Positions 50,542-62,857 of a DNA stretch of 64,000 nucleotides are shown piece after piece. The notes beneath the pieces are model-generated. The model made no database searches. It was given only the letters and a program-made list of their open reading frames with translations, and was not told the DNA's origin. This stretch comes from Sphaerodactylus townsendi (Eukaryota): the NCBI RefSeq assembly GCF_021028975.2, contig NC_059439.1, positions 9,362,001 to 9,426,000 on the forward strand. The letters are read 5' to 3'. Both the position numbers and the translations under genes were made by a program. Within the stretch, counting starts at the first letter, position 1, and the number at the start of each line of letters is the position of its first letter.

Positions 50542-50639
50542 GGCAATAGCTAATTCAGAATCCTCTCTGAAACAGCTGGAAAACTGGAGCAGGGAAGATG
50601 GTGGGATCTCATCTCCACTTCCTTCTCTCCAGTGATTTT

Positions 50640-50720
50640 TATTTATACCTTTGCGCTGGGTGTTTCTCCATAGTCCGTGGGTTTACCAAGATTCATTTAG
50701 CAACTTGCTAAAGGGAATTA
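50640..50720 (-). promoter_or_regulatory. Proximal promoter of keratin B (TATA box, CACCC box)
   Basis: TATAAA on the minus strand at 50642-50647, about 100 nt upstream of the ATG; AACACCC at 50658-50664; TCCCTTTAGCAA at 50705-50716. Confidence 0.7.
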
Positions 50721-52041
50721 TGATTATTACTGTTATTTTTAACAATCTCCGGCAGCCCAGCTCATCACTGTTTTGTCTGGAAGCTGTCTGTGTGAGTTTG
50801 TTTGTTCGGAAGGCCAACCATGTAATTTTCACCTGGGTGGCTTTGCGCTTCAGTTTGATCACTTCTATGATCTAATCCGCAAATATTTAATATCTTGCAA
50901 GATTGGATGTCTCTCCTTCAACACTGCAATAAAATTGTCATTGCAACAAGGTTTAATGAATACTGCCATGCTTAATGACGCCAGGGTGAAATGCGGTAGC
51001 CCTTCTGTTATCTAGATATGTAGGTTTTTGATTTTTTTAAACTACGGTGACTACTGAAAAGAGGCTTGAAACCAAGGTGGGGATATAAAAATGCTCAGGG
51101 ATGTTGGCAAGGGGGTAAATGGTGTTTCAAAGTGCACTAAAAGCACACAATACCATTTCCTTCCCACTCAGTGAGGAATTCCTCAGTGTCTGTGTTGCTA
51201 ATAAGGCTGCCCTGTCAACATCTCAGAAGGCTGTTGAGGCTTTCTGGGCTGTGTGGCCATGATCTGGTAGTTTCGGCTCCTAACTTTTCACCTGTATCTA
51301 TTGGTGGTACCTTCAGAGGCATGTCACAGTGAGATGTGTGCCACATAGTGTGTCACATGCAAGCTATTTACATGTTTCCAACCCACTAACAAAAAATTTC
51401 CTTGAGTTCAACTTCTGCAGGTTTTTCCTCTGTTTAGTTTTAAAATGTTTCTAAGCACCTTCTGCCTTGTTTCTGAAAACTATTCTACTAAAGTATGATC
51501 ACACTTGAAACAATTTCTCTTTCTTTCCAAAATGGTGGGCCTTCATCTATGCCCCTTGTGCACTCACCCAACCTCACCCAACCTTTCCCCTCTCCTCCCA
51601 TTTTTATTATTTCAAGTGTTTTCCTTTTTTTTCCTAGTTTTTTAGTATCATTGAATAAGCAAAGTTATATATCTTTGCTACAGCACATGTATGGAAAAAG
51701 TGAAAAAAAATATGGCAGCTAGGAAACAGTGTTCCAAGGAGACAGTGGTGTAGTGCCAAGGGTGTGGAAGGGTGCGTGATGCACCAGTTGTACACCGGGG
51801 CAGGGACAGGGCGGGGGCAGGTGGGGTGTGGCAGGGGCTCAGGGCACACGCATGCCATGGACGCAGTTACCCCTTGCTCCGGCCCTGTGAGGAGTGTAGA
51901 CAGATTTTGAGATAAAAAATAGGATCAAAAACCTTTTCAAAATGGGGTAAATGCCACGTGGGGAAAAGGCCATAGTCATACTATGCTGTTAAGATGCTAC
52001 ATGATGTATGCTCACATATAGCAGCTATTTATGGTATAGGC

Positions 52042-52559
52042 CAGTGGTGGCAAACCTATGGCACGGGTGCCAGAGGTGGCACTCAGAGCCCTTTCTGTGG
52101 GCACACGCAAACAGAGTCGCCCCCACCCCGCTACACACATCTAGGCTGGCCTGGGCCGCTGGACTCGATTATTAGCATTAAACTTAAGACCTAGTTTTGG
52201 GGAAGCAGTGTAGGCAACCCTGTTAAGTGCTATTAAACCCCACTGATTTTCATGCGAAGAACTAAAGCGTGATCCTTTACCTGGGAGTAAGCTCGGTTGC
52301 TAGCAATTGGGCTTGCTTCTGAGTAAACCCTCCTAGGGTCATGATTCACCTGTTGGAAGAATTACATGGTTGCTTCAAAGCAAAGCTACCAACTACCACC
52401 AAGCTTACTCCTGAGTAACGCACGCCTCGGAGCCAACCGTTTTTTCTTAACTAAAACCTCAGTATTCAGGTTAAATTGCTGTGTTGGCACTTTGCGATAA
52501 ATAAGTGGGTTTTGGATTGCAATTTGGGCACTCGGTCTCAAAAAGGTCCGCCATCACTG
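52042..52559. mobile_element. hAT non-autonomous element
   Basis: TIRs CAGTGGTGGCAAACC / GGTCCGCCATCACTG; perfect 8-bp TSD GTATAGGC (52034-52041 and 52560-52567). Confidence 0.9.
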
Positions 52560-54964
52560 GTATAGGCTGAGGTAGCTGCCCTTTTCAGTTTCCTGTCTCC
52601 TGTCTCCTCCAATGACTGTGCAAGAAAAGCATTCAGAATGTCAGAAGTGTGTTGCACATGATTTATTCCTGTTTCCCTTTGGTTGGGTGTCTGACTCAGG
52701 CAGGCAAATTGTATCTGTTGCCAATTACCTTCCTTACACAAGATTCTTTTTTTTTTATTTTCCTGGCTGTTGATTAATAATTTGGTAAGCAATCACAAAC
52801 TTGAAAATACAAAACAAATTGCTTGGGAAACAGCCAAGGAAATGCAGACATCTCTCACAGTTATATTTCAAAATCTTGGGATATGTGAAATTGTTTCCTA
52901 ACCAACACTAATGTAACTAACAATGTACTTGCCTTGCAATGTACCCATGACTTTAGTTTGGGGGGTATAACATTCTTGTGTAGTGTAAAGGTCTGTGTGT
53001 AAAGCTAATTGAATAAACTTTGGGGTAAATTTGTTGGAGCACTGATTAATGTTAGAATAAAGAACAGCTCTCTTTCCTGGAAATGACAGATGGGGAGGTA
53101 CTCAAACAAATGGCACAGAATTGTAACTGGAATTCACTACTTCCTTCCAAATGACTAGATCAGTTCATTTGAGTGGCTACTGGGATCCATTAAAGCAAAG
53201 GTGATTGGTTGCTTAGGGGGTGTGTGTGTGTGTTATGTGCCATCAAGTGGCTTCTGACATACAGTGACCTTAAAAATTAATGACCTCTGAAACATGTTAT
53301 CAATAATTTGTTCAGAATGAGTTCTGGAATATGGTGTCTCATCTCTGGAGCTTCTGATATTTAATTCCTGGCTACATGCACTGAGTGGGTGATTTTAGCT
53401 GGCTGAGGGTGAGTTTCCTTCACCATTCTGCCTCTCCAAACAGTTGGACCCTAATTCAATAAGTGTGTATGTGTGTGTGTGGGACCTTCTGGATCCCTTC
53501 CCCAGACAACAAGATCAGTGGATTTTAGCAGCTTGAAAAGCCTACATAGGCTGCCTTCAATATTCTTGTTTGTTTTCTCCTACTTTCTTATTTTCTCCTA
53601 CTACTCTACCCTAAATTTAAAAAATAATAATAATCTGTTCAGGACTGACTCCAAACAGCCAACCAAAATATCAAATGGTAGGCCATGATACTCCCCTCCC
53701 CCCAGCATTGCCTAGACTCTGCCCCCTGAATCTGTCAAAAAGCCTACCTAGCCTTCTCTCTGGGTTGTGCTTCTTGAGCCAGAGGATTCTGCCATCTAGC
53801 CTTGCCCAGAGTGACAACTTAGATTATTTTTGTTGCCTGAAGGATAGAGATACCAGCCTCCAATGGGCACCTGGGGATCCCCCAAAATTGCAGCTCGTCT
53901 TCAGACTAGAGATCAGTTCTTCTGGAGGAAGCAGATACTTGGGAAGGTGGACTCTGTGACATTGTACCCCACAGAGATATCTGACCTCCCCAAACCTCCA
54001 GGAGTTTCCCAGGTTGGATCTGGTAACCCCCCCCCCCCCATTCCCCACTGGAAGTCAGGGGGGCCTGGCAACTGCCCCCACTCACTTCCTCACTGCTACA
54101 TAAATAACCACTACATGCCCACCTGAGCACTGATGCTGCCACCTCTGGCCTTGCTTGCCACTTCACCAACCCAGTCCTCTTTTTTCCAGAACTGTTGTCA
54201 ACGTTTGTCCCCCATTTTCTTTGTCCTGGAGACAGCCAGCCAGAAGGAGGCTGGCGAGATCCTCCTGGCAATTACCAGGAACTTTCAAGATGTAGGATTG
54301 GGAGCAGCAATCCATATGCCTGGTGCGATGATGTCACTTCTGGGTTTTGACATCATGCTGTGGGAGTGGGACGTTCTGCATTCCCCAGTGGGAGGCCAGA
54401 ACCAGATGTGATGGTATCGCAGCAGGCACATGGGTTGCTCCCTTCCTTTTGTGAGTCTTCTGCCCACTGACCAGATTGGGTTGGTGTGCAGACACAGGAT
54501 CAGCAGGCAATTGCCTGACAATTGGGAACATTAGCCAAAAGCATTGGCTGAACATTTGCTAGGAATCTCATGAGAGTCTGGGAACTAGCATACTGTATAT
54601 ATTATTTAGAAGAGTCCTCTAAGGTGGCACCTGGAGATCTCTCGCTGTTGCAGTTGATAGATGACACTGATCATTTCCCCTAGAGAAAAAGGCTGCCTTT
54701 TAGGGTGGTCTCTGTGACATTGTACCCTGCTGAGGTCCCTCCTCTCTGCAAATCCTTTCCTATTCAGGTTCTACCTCAAGTTCTCCAGGTATTTCCCAAC
54801 CCAGAGCTGGCAACTAGAGTCCTCATGAATTAAGCAGGAGCTGGGTGGCTCTAACAGAGGGAAAGTTTGTCCAGATGGTTGCTCTAGCAGGAGACACTAG
54901 CAGGTCCACTTCCTGTCCTCCAACTGTAGTGTTAGCTCTTTTAAATCTATAACATCTTTTGGCT

Positions 54965-55065
54965 CTGTGAGGAAAACCTCCCATCCAAATACTAACAAGG
55001 GCCAGATCTCCTTAGCTTCCAGGAACTGATGAGATTGGGCCATCCTGGGCCATCCAGGTCAGGGA
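54965..55065 (-). mobile_element. 5S-derived SINE head (another fragment at about 48480-48545)
   Basis: Minus strand CCCTGACCTGGATGGCCCAGG...GGAAGCTAAG...GTTAGTATTTGGATGGGAG; same head as at 39655. Confidence 0.65.
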
Positions 55066-56305
55066 TAACAGAAAATTACAGAATGGGGAAAAAAGGACTT
55101 CATCTGATCTAACAATAGTCGCAGCAGGTTTGTGGGTTCCAAAATAGTTGGCACGCTGAAGTTCCATTCCAATTATTTCCACTAAGTTTTCTTTTATGCT
55201 TTTGATTAATGCTAATTTAGAGGGCTGGGCTGCTGCAGTCCGATTTCACAACCTCCGGAGGGAAGCATTCTTTCTTACTTTTCACCCCAGCAACAAACCC
55301 ACATGTTCCATCACTCTCACCCACGCAGCCAGACACTCCCAGAGCCTCATCTGCACTTTCTGTGTTTGGAAGCTGGAAAGGGAGTCTAAATAGATGCACT
55401 CGAGGGTTGGATCTCCACTGAAGTTCCTTTGAAGGAGATGAGACCAAATTGCTCCATTATTTTCATAGATGAATTTGGCAGATCATGAGTTAATCGAGGC
55501 CATAATTTTCTGTGCTTCTGTGATGACAGTGTGTAAGCTTGGTGTTTGATATCTTGGGCAGAATTCAGGATCCCCATAACCTCAGGTTTCATTTTACAAG
55601 AAAAGGAAAGAGGTTGTTTGAACTCTTAGGGCTGCAGAGATTAGTTCGGAAGCTGGTGCAGGTTAGTAGCAAAGGGCTGTGATTTGGGCAGTGTTGGGTT
55701 CAGATATCACCTGCTGATGACCTAGTGAGCCCAGATGTACTGGTTAGTCCTAAGCCTAATTACACAATGGACCTAGAAGGGTATGTTTAGGCTGGCCCTG
55801 CTAGTTCCCTAATACCAGGCCTATAATATGAGGATAATGATACTAGCCTACCTAACTTTGTTCTTTCTTTTGCATAAATTTCATTTTCCATTCAGCAATT
55901 AAATTGGGCAGAAAATGCTGAGTACTATAGGGAAAATTATCAAGTTTCAGTTGGTTGAATTAATAATCCAAAGTAGTGTTCCTGGATGCACCAGTCCCCT
56001 TTAGGATTCCTTGTTAGAACATTTGTTCATCCTTCACTAACACCCACACACATGTTTTATACAGTTGGTAAACTACTCTGGAAACAGGGGAGGAAAATAT
56101 ATATTGATGACAACATAGGCACTAGCCAGTTGGCAAGATGATGATAGGTTTTCCCTCCATTTGTAGTGAAGCAATCTGATAAACAACAGAACTAATATTC
56201 CACAACTTGTTCCAGGAAGAAGAATTATTTTGTGTGAAGAGAATGATTCCAAAGCACACCCTACCACTCTAAAAACGTTACTTTATCTCCATTTTAAGGT
56301 TATTA

Positions 56306-56685
56306 GAAGAAGAAGAAGAAGAAGAAGAAGAAGAAGAAGAAGAAGAAGAAGAAGAAGAAGAAGAAGAAGAAGAAGAAGAAGAGGAGGAGGAGGAGGAGTT
56401 TGGATTTATATCCCCCCTTTCTCTCCTGTAGGAGACTCAAAGGGGCTTACAATCTCCTTGCCCTTTCCCCCTCACAACAAACACCCTGTGAGGTGGGTGG
56501 GGCTGAGAGAGCTCCGAGAAGCTGTGACTAGCCCAAGGTCATCCAGCTGGCGTGTGTGGGAGTGTACAGGCTAATCTGAATTCCCCAGATAAGCCTCCAC
56601 AGCTCAGGCGGCAGAGCTGGGAATCAAACCCGGTTCCTCCAGATTAGATACACGAGCTCTTAACCTCCTACGCCACTGCTCCTCC
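56306..56685 (-). mobile_element. Squam3-like SINE, young full-length copy with long (TTC)n tail
   Basis: Intact A box (TGGCGTAGGAGG) and B box (GGTTTGATTCCC), CpGs retained; (GAA)n at about 56306-56381. Confidence 0.9.
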
Positions 56686-57526
56686 TATTAAGGGCAGAAT
56701 TTTGTTTAAAACTCAGCTGAAACACTTGTGCACTTTTTTCTTTCGCATTATGAAAGAGCAGCCATTTGCCTCTCCCCCCAAATACTTCACTGTTTGCAGA
56801 TCTCTTGCTGTGACTAATTAGATAATCCTAAAGATTGCCTAAATTCATTTATTTATATTGTGGAAAATTTGCAAACAGCACTAATTTGATGCATCACTAG
56901 TGAGATGTCTGCAGAAACTCACTGAGGTACACAGTGTGTGGGATAAACTGCAGGAGGTTTGGAAGCAGATGAACCAACAGCAGAAGATCAAGGAGGTGTT
57001 GTAATCCTCTCTGCAGAAACTATTTGGGATCTTGATACAATCTGTCTATATGATATATGGTAATTATAAGGCTACACACTAGTGGTGGCCACTTTAGCCA
57101 TAATTCTCAACCTACAAGATGACTTGACTGTCTCCACATCCAAAATCCCTTTTAGAAACAGACACACACACCTATGCTTCACCAGAAACGCTACGGCTAT
57201 TTCTGTTAAAAACAATAAAATATTGGCATTGTCCCAGTAGGGATGATCCTGCGGCCTCTGATATTGATATTGGGGCTGAACGCAAACAACTGTAAATTTT
57301 GGTTTTCGGTTTTTAAAACCCAGAATTTTTTTGTACAGCCAAGTAAACCCTATTTGGCTTTTTACCATTTTTTTTGGGAGGGGTGTTAAAAACTGAAACC
57401 TGAAACTCAACCTAGTCCCTCCCTATCCCAAAGCAGCAACAGGATTTGCAGTCAGGGAGGGGGTGTTTCTTGTAGAGAGTGGAAAATTCTGCTCTCTGCA
57501 AAGAAAAGCTGAAAAAGTAAAAACCT

Positions 57527-58329
57527 AGGTCGATTCCCCACTTCAAAAATGGAAGTAGAGTCAAACCATTTTGGGAAAAACCGGGACCTTTTCAGCCCGG
57601 TTTCAGCGTGCCCACTGCAGCTTCTGCCCTACAAATGATCATCGGGCAGCAGCCACCAGGATTCCCCACTCTGAAGCTGTCAAACACGTGTTCAGCTCAG
57701 GGGCCATCCTGATTGGCTGCTGCTGCTGATGGACGGGCCTTTTTAAACTTTTTCCCTGTTGTATCCATATCTCCACATCTGTGCGAGCATGCGCAGACCA
57801 ACATAGAAACGAGGAGACGAAGAAATAGTTTATAAAAACAAACTAAGAAATTACTCATCCCTGGCGGGACTAGAACCGACAAGCTTTCACACTGTAGCAC
57901 AAGGCTGCTTTACCCCACTAAGCTACAGAAGCTCTAGTGGCAGAAAGGGAGAAATACTAGGCTTTATGTGAGTGCTCCCTTGCATTGTTAACTGACCCCA
58001 CGTTGCCACAAATAGACATCGATCTCAGCTCCACGATATTAAAAAAAAAAGCTGTGCACGCATCGCGTACAACCCATTGTTTCCTTATTGGGCAAAAGGC
58101 TCCACATCACTACCAGGGGTGGGAAACTCAAACACAGAGTCACCCCCCAGACTTCCCCACAAAAAGGTGCTCTTCCGTCCAGGATCAGAAATGATGCGCA
58201 CTGAGGGGGTAGGAGAGCGGCAGAATTGGGGTGGCTGCGTTGTCGCTGCTGGTGTAGTGGGGAGTGCTGCTGGACCCCAGGTTACTTGCTGTGAGTAACC
58301 CGCATCAAACGGTGAGTGGGGAATTGACC
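57527..58329. mobile_element. Harbinger-type non-autonomous element carrying a tRNA-like cassette
   Basis: TIRs GGTCGATTCCCCAC / GTGGGGAATTGACC; 3-bp TSD CTA at 57524-57526 and 58330-58332. Confidence 0.78.
57857..57932 (-). pseudogene. tRNA-like sequence (pseudo-tRNA or Pol III cassette)
   Basis: 76 nt with A box TAGCTTAGTGG, D stem GCTT/AAGC, B box GGTTCTAGTCC and a partial acceptor stem; the anticodon arm is not canonical; T5 lies about 20 nt downstream. Confidence 0.55.
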
Positions 58330-58514
58330 CTATTTGGGGCCCTATGTTAATTTGTCTCTGCTAAATAGCCTTTTTTTGGTCAGGGTGGGGTTTTTTGGGG
58401 AATTGAGGGGTTTTGAGTGGGGTTTTGAGTGGGGAATTGACCCTTTTGGTGCCCTATGTTAATTTGTCTCTGCTAAATAGCCTTTTTTTTTGTCAGGGTG
58501 GGGTTTTTTGGGGG
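58314..58514. repeat. Tandem duplication (about 113-bp period) of the MITE right end plus flank
   Basis: GAGTGGGGAATTGACCCT...CCCTATGTTAATTTGTCTCTGCTAAATAGCC...GTCAGGGTGGGG occurs twice. Confidence 0.85.
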
Positions 58515-58864
58515 GTGATTTCAGGTTTATGAGGTAGAGCCATGGGGCAGAGATTGGACAGACATATAATCATATCCCATGGCTGTACTGATCCAGAACC
58601 TCAGGAAATGCACAGCTGTAGAACACCCTCCTTCAGACTCCATTTCATGGTTCTGTGAAACATTTGGTCTGTACAGCACTCTGAGCCTTTCCACACAAAC
58701 CCCCCTCCCCTGCCAGTCAAGACATGTTGTGCTTCATACCTTTGACTTCATATCTTTTTATACCTGTGGCATGAATAGGGTTTCCACTGCATTATTTTTA
58801 TGGTTCCAGTTTTATTGAGTATGTTGAAATTTTTATACTGTGTTTTAATGTATGTTTTAAAATT

Positions 58865-59093
58865 NNNNNNNNNNNNNNNNNNNNNNNNNNNNNNNNNNNN
58901 NNNNNNNNNNNNNNNNNNNNNNNNNNNNNNNNNNNNNNNNNNNNNNNNNNNNNNNNNNNNNNNNNNNNNNNNNNNNNNNNNNNNNNNNNNNNNNNNNNNN
59001 NNNNNNNNNNNNNNNNNNNNNNNNNNNNNNNNNNNNNNNNNNNNNNNNNNNNNNNNNNNNNNNNNNNNNNNNNNNNNNNNNNNNNNNNNNNNN
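58865..59093. other. Assembly gap (N run)
   Basis: 229 N. Confidence 1.
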
Positions 59094-60185
59094 CCAAGGC
59101 CAGTCTTGAGGAGGCTTAAAAGCATGTAAATAATTAAAATATAATATAGTATTATCTGGAGGCTTGCCAACCTCCAGCTACATCTTGGAGGTTGGCAAAC
59201 CTACACCTGATTCACACTTGGATCCAAGCATCTAGATTGAAACCCTCGATCCTCCCCATCGATCTGGATTTGGAGCATGTTTTTTTAAAAAGGTTCACTT
59301 TCATGCAGGTTCTGAAAAAACACACAATCAGGGGGAAAGGGAATGCCAGAACCGGGATGAATCTGTATTCGGTGGTCAGGCAGTGGGGAGTTCTTGCTGA
59401 AATCTGGTTATTTTGCGTGAGTATCATGCAATTAATTGACCATGGGGAATTGACCTAGGAGTGGTGCAGTGCAATTCAAAGTGGACTTTATTGGACTTAG
59501 AAGGGTGGGTCTTTCTTAAGGGTTGCAAAATAAATTATTTTATTGCTCGGATACAAGTTTATCTGCAACAGTCAACATTTTTATTATTTAACCATGAATG
59601 ACTAAATGCAAACACAGCATATTTTAGAATTTAGAACATAGCTTGAGGCTTTCAAGTAGGTAAAATGAAACACTCACAGGTCGAGGTTAGCGACAGGGCA
59701 CCCTCTAAAGGGAGAACAGGGAATGACAACATAGTGTCTACTCTAGGGGTGTTTCCCCACAGGGCATTCTGTAGAGCTCGACTCGAGTGTGGGCGAAATT
59801 TTCTTCATGAGTTCGACTCGCTGTCGTTCTGTACTGCAGCTGAGCTTGCTGTTCTTGAGCGGAGCTCGCACATCCTCAGCCGAGCTCAGTGGGTGGATTG
59901 ATATGTCCTGTTGTGCATTTTATTGGCTGACATGCAAAATGGGATGCCGAGCTCGATTCGCTGTTCTTCTGCAGCTGGCGAGCTCGGCTCTCCTTGCCAG
60001 CACTTATTGGGCGGGTTCAACTCTATGCGTCATCCACCTCTGCACTCCGATTGGTTCCCTTTTCCATGGCGGGAGACGTGAAATTCCTTCTTTTACGTGC
60101 ATGTTGCAATGTCGGATTGACTTAGCGACACCATCACGAAGGTGCGACTTTATGGGCTTCCTCACAAGCAGCCTGGTGAGCCGTC

Positions 60186-61855
60186 ATGGATCAAGAATTG
60201 GAGGAGCTCTTCGCAACCATTGTGATCATGGTTGCACATTTGAGTAGCCTACTGCAGACTGCGGCAATGGTCTGCTGCTGCATCGTCAGGCAGCTTAGCC
60301 ACAGGAGATCAGTTACTCTTGCCCATTGTATGGCCCTTTCGGAGATCTGCCCTCATCCACGTCAATGGGTGTATCCCCATCGCTCAGCGTGCTGGTGGAA
60401 AAATTGTGTTTTGCCACACTGGGATGACAAGAAGTGGATGGGGAAGTTCAGAATGGACAAGCCAATTTTTAAGTGACTTGTCGAAAACCTGAGGCCACAC
60501 ATGCAGTACCGGGACACGCAAATGTGCCATGCTTTGCCTGTGGAAACGAGGGTTGGCATGGCTCTCTGGTACTTGGGAAGTCAAAACACATTTCAGGAAA
60601 TGACGGAGCAGTTCGCCGTTGGGTGGACCAGTGCTGCAGATGCACTTCACGAATTCTGCAAGGCGGTCCAACGGGTGCTGTTCCCAAGAGTGGTCTGAAT
60701 GAATCGGCCCATCAAAATGGTAAGTGCAGGCTAAGAACCCCCCAGACACATGCTGAAACGTCTCAGGACACGGTGACGCGATGGCCCTCTCTTCATAGTT
60801 CTGCCATTTCCTCTGCGGTAGACTGGAGGGAGGTTTTCCTGGTGGGGGAGGTTATTTCATGTTGCACATTGTGCAGAGCTACTGTTCAGGGCATCTCCCA
60901 AGAAACACAGGGTAAATTTAGCCCTGGGTGTTGGATCAGTTTAGAGATTAACTGTATCCAGATACGATTTATAAAACCAAGATGCCCCAGTTCAGGCATT
61001 AGGTATCTTTTCTCAATGTAGGCATTTCGGCCCACATTACTGCTGAACCTACACTTCCTGCAGCACAACAGGCAGGTTTGGACACTAACAACTTTTCCTT
61101 TCTCTCCACTTCCTGGGCAGGTTATGCGAGGCTTTGCCAACCTTGGATTTCCACAATGTGTTGGTGCCATTGACGGATGCCACATTCGCATTTAGAATCC
61201 CGCAGACAGCAGAGGGGATTATGTCAACAGGCAGAGTTTTCCCTCCATTGTCCTTATTGCCATCTGCGACCACAGGGGACGTTTCTATGACGCGGAAATG
61301 GGCCATCCAGGGAAAAGCCAGGATGCCCACATTTTCTACAGGTGTGAGTTTGTTCGGACCTTGGATGGCGGCATCTTCTTCCCCTCTGCTCCATCTCTAA
61401 TTTTGAATGGTGTCAATGTCCCCCCCTCGGTCCTGGATGGTGGTGCTTTCCCCATCCGTAAGTGGCTCATCAAGCCATTTGGGCCAAATACCACTGCTCT
61501 GCAGCGCAGGTTTAACAGGAGGTTGCCACGAGCCAGATGTGTGGTGAAGCACACTTTTGGGAGTCTGAAGCAAAGTTGGAAGTGTCTCCAGGGTCCCTTG
61601 AGAGTGAAGTTGGAAAACATGAGCACGGTTGTCAGTGCCTGCGTTGCACTATACAACATATGTGAAAACCGTGAGACTTTCGTGCCAGAGGAAGAGGGGA
61701 GTGGTGGTCTTCCACCACTGGAAACTGAAGCATGTTGTGAGAACATTTTCGAGTGTACTGAGGGAGAGGACTATGACCCTACTGAGGCTGGGAACAGAAC
61801 AGAGGGTCAAAGGGTGAGAGACGCCATTGCGGAGTTTATGCTGGCAGGGCCGTAG
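60186..61855 (+). pseudogene. Harbinger (HARBI1-family) DDE transposase, two exons (60186-60719, 61121-61855), inactivated
   Basis: Motifs W.GKFRMDK..F, F.VG..SA, GFPQCVGAIDGCH, GHPGKSQDA.IF, FN.RL.RAR.VV..TFG.LK.W. Phase-0 intron ATG|GTAAGT...CACTAAC...GGCAG|GTT. In-frame stops at 60474, 60696 and 61193. AATAAA at 61893-61898. Confidence 0.9.
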
Positions 61856-61949
61856 TATCGCTGGTACAGCTCACCTGTGATTGTATTACACAAATAAAGT
61901 GGGGGTGATGAGGATGTGGAGTCATTTCTCTTGCATTTTCGCAACAATA

Positions 61950-62600
61950 ACCTCGCCATGGCATTGACTGCAGTGAAAAAGGGGGGCAGGGGGTTTACCT
62001 GCCCAGCTTCAGCTGTCTCGGTTCAGCAGCAAATGTTTGGGTGGGTGCATTACTAGTGTGGCCATTTCTAATGAATTTCTGCTGCAATCAGTTTGCCATG
62101 GCAGTGACTCCTAGGCTAGGCCAAAAGGGAAGGGGGGGGGTTCCCTGCCCAGCTTCAGCTTCCTGGGTCCAGCACCATGAGTTTGGGTGGGTGCCTTACT
62201 AGTGGGCCATTTCGAATGAATTTCTGCTGCAATCATTTTGGCACAGCAGTGACTGCTGCACAAAAAGGGGGGTGTTCTTGCCCAGGTTCAGCTTCCATGG
62301 TTATGCAGCAAAGGATCGTGTACTTCACTTCTACTGCCATTTCATGTACCTCACTTCTACTGCCATGAGTTCCTGCTGCAATCATTTTGCCACAGCAGAG
62401 AATGCCATGCAAAAAAGGGGGGTGCCCTGCCAGGCCTCAGCTACCACAGTTATGCAGCAATGGGTTGTGGACCTCGCCTCTGCGGCCATTTCTAATGAAT
62501 TCCTACTGCAACAATTTCGCAGCACTGTGCAACCAGCGTTTTTTTGTGTTTCCCTGCAAAGCTTCAGCTACCACGGTCAAGTGGCTGAACCTTGGGAACC
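61950..62600. repeat. Degenerate tandem repeat (about 5 units of roughly 140 bp) between the two Harbinger genes
   Basis: Recurring GCCATTTCTAATGAATTTCTGCTGCAATCA and AAAAGGGGGG...CCTGCCCAGCTTCAGCT blocks. Confidence 0.75.
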
Positions 62601-62857
62601 ATTACTTGCCGCTGCGAAATCCCCCACTAATGACACTCCCCACTCACACTGCCTTTGCACACTTTGGGGCTAAAAAAAGTAACCTAAGGACGTCTAGGTT
62701 TCCCCTTAGCACAGAAATTATCAGTTATCACTACCAAGGAAGTGAGGAGGCATGGCTATTTGAAAAACTGATAACATTTATTGGAAAAGAAACACTTTCA
62801 AATCGGCATGGGTGGTCCTGGTATACAAGGTCCACCTCCACTAGCACGCATCCACAT

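Noticed and set aside
3243-52700. Enrichment of AP-1 sites (TGA(C/G)TCA) across the locus
   Set aside because: The handful seen is about what chance gives for a 7-mer over 64 kb.
57857-57932. Functional tRNA gene
   Set aside because: The anticodon stem does not pair canonically and the acceptor stem has mismatches; kept only as tRNA-like.
60186-61855. Domesticated HARBI1 gene
   Set aside because: Three in-frame stops, altered catalytic residues, a TIR and a partner gene indicate a decayed transposon copy.
61950-62600. CRISPR-like array (also 33830-34243)
   Set aside because: The units are degenerate tandem repeats without identical repeats and unique spacers, in eukaryotic DNA with no cas genes.
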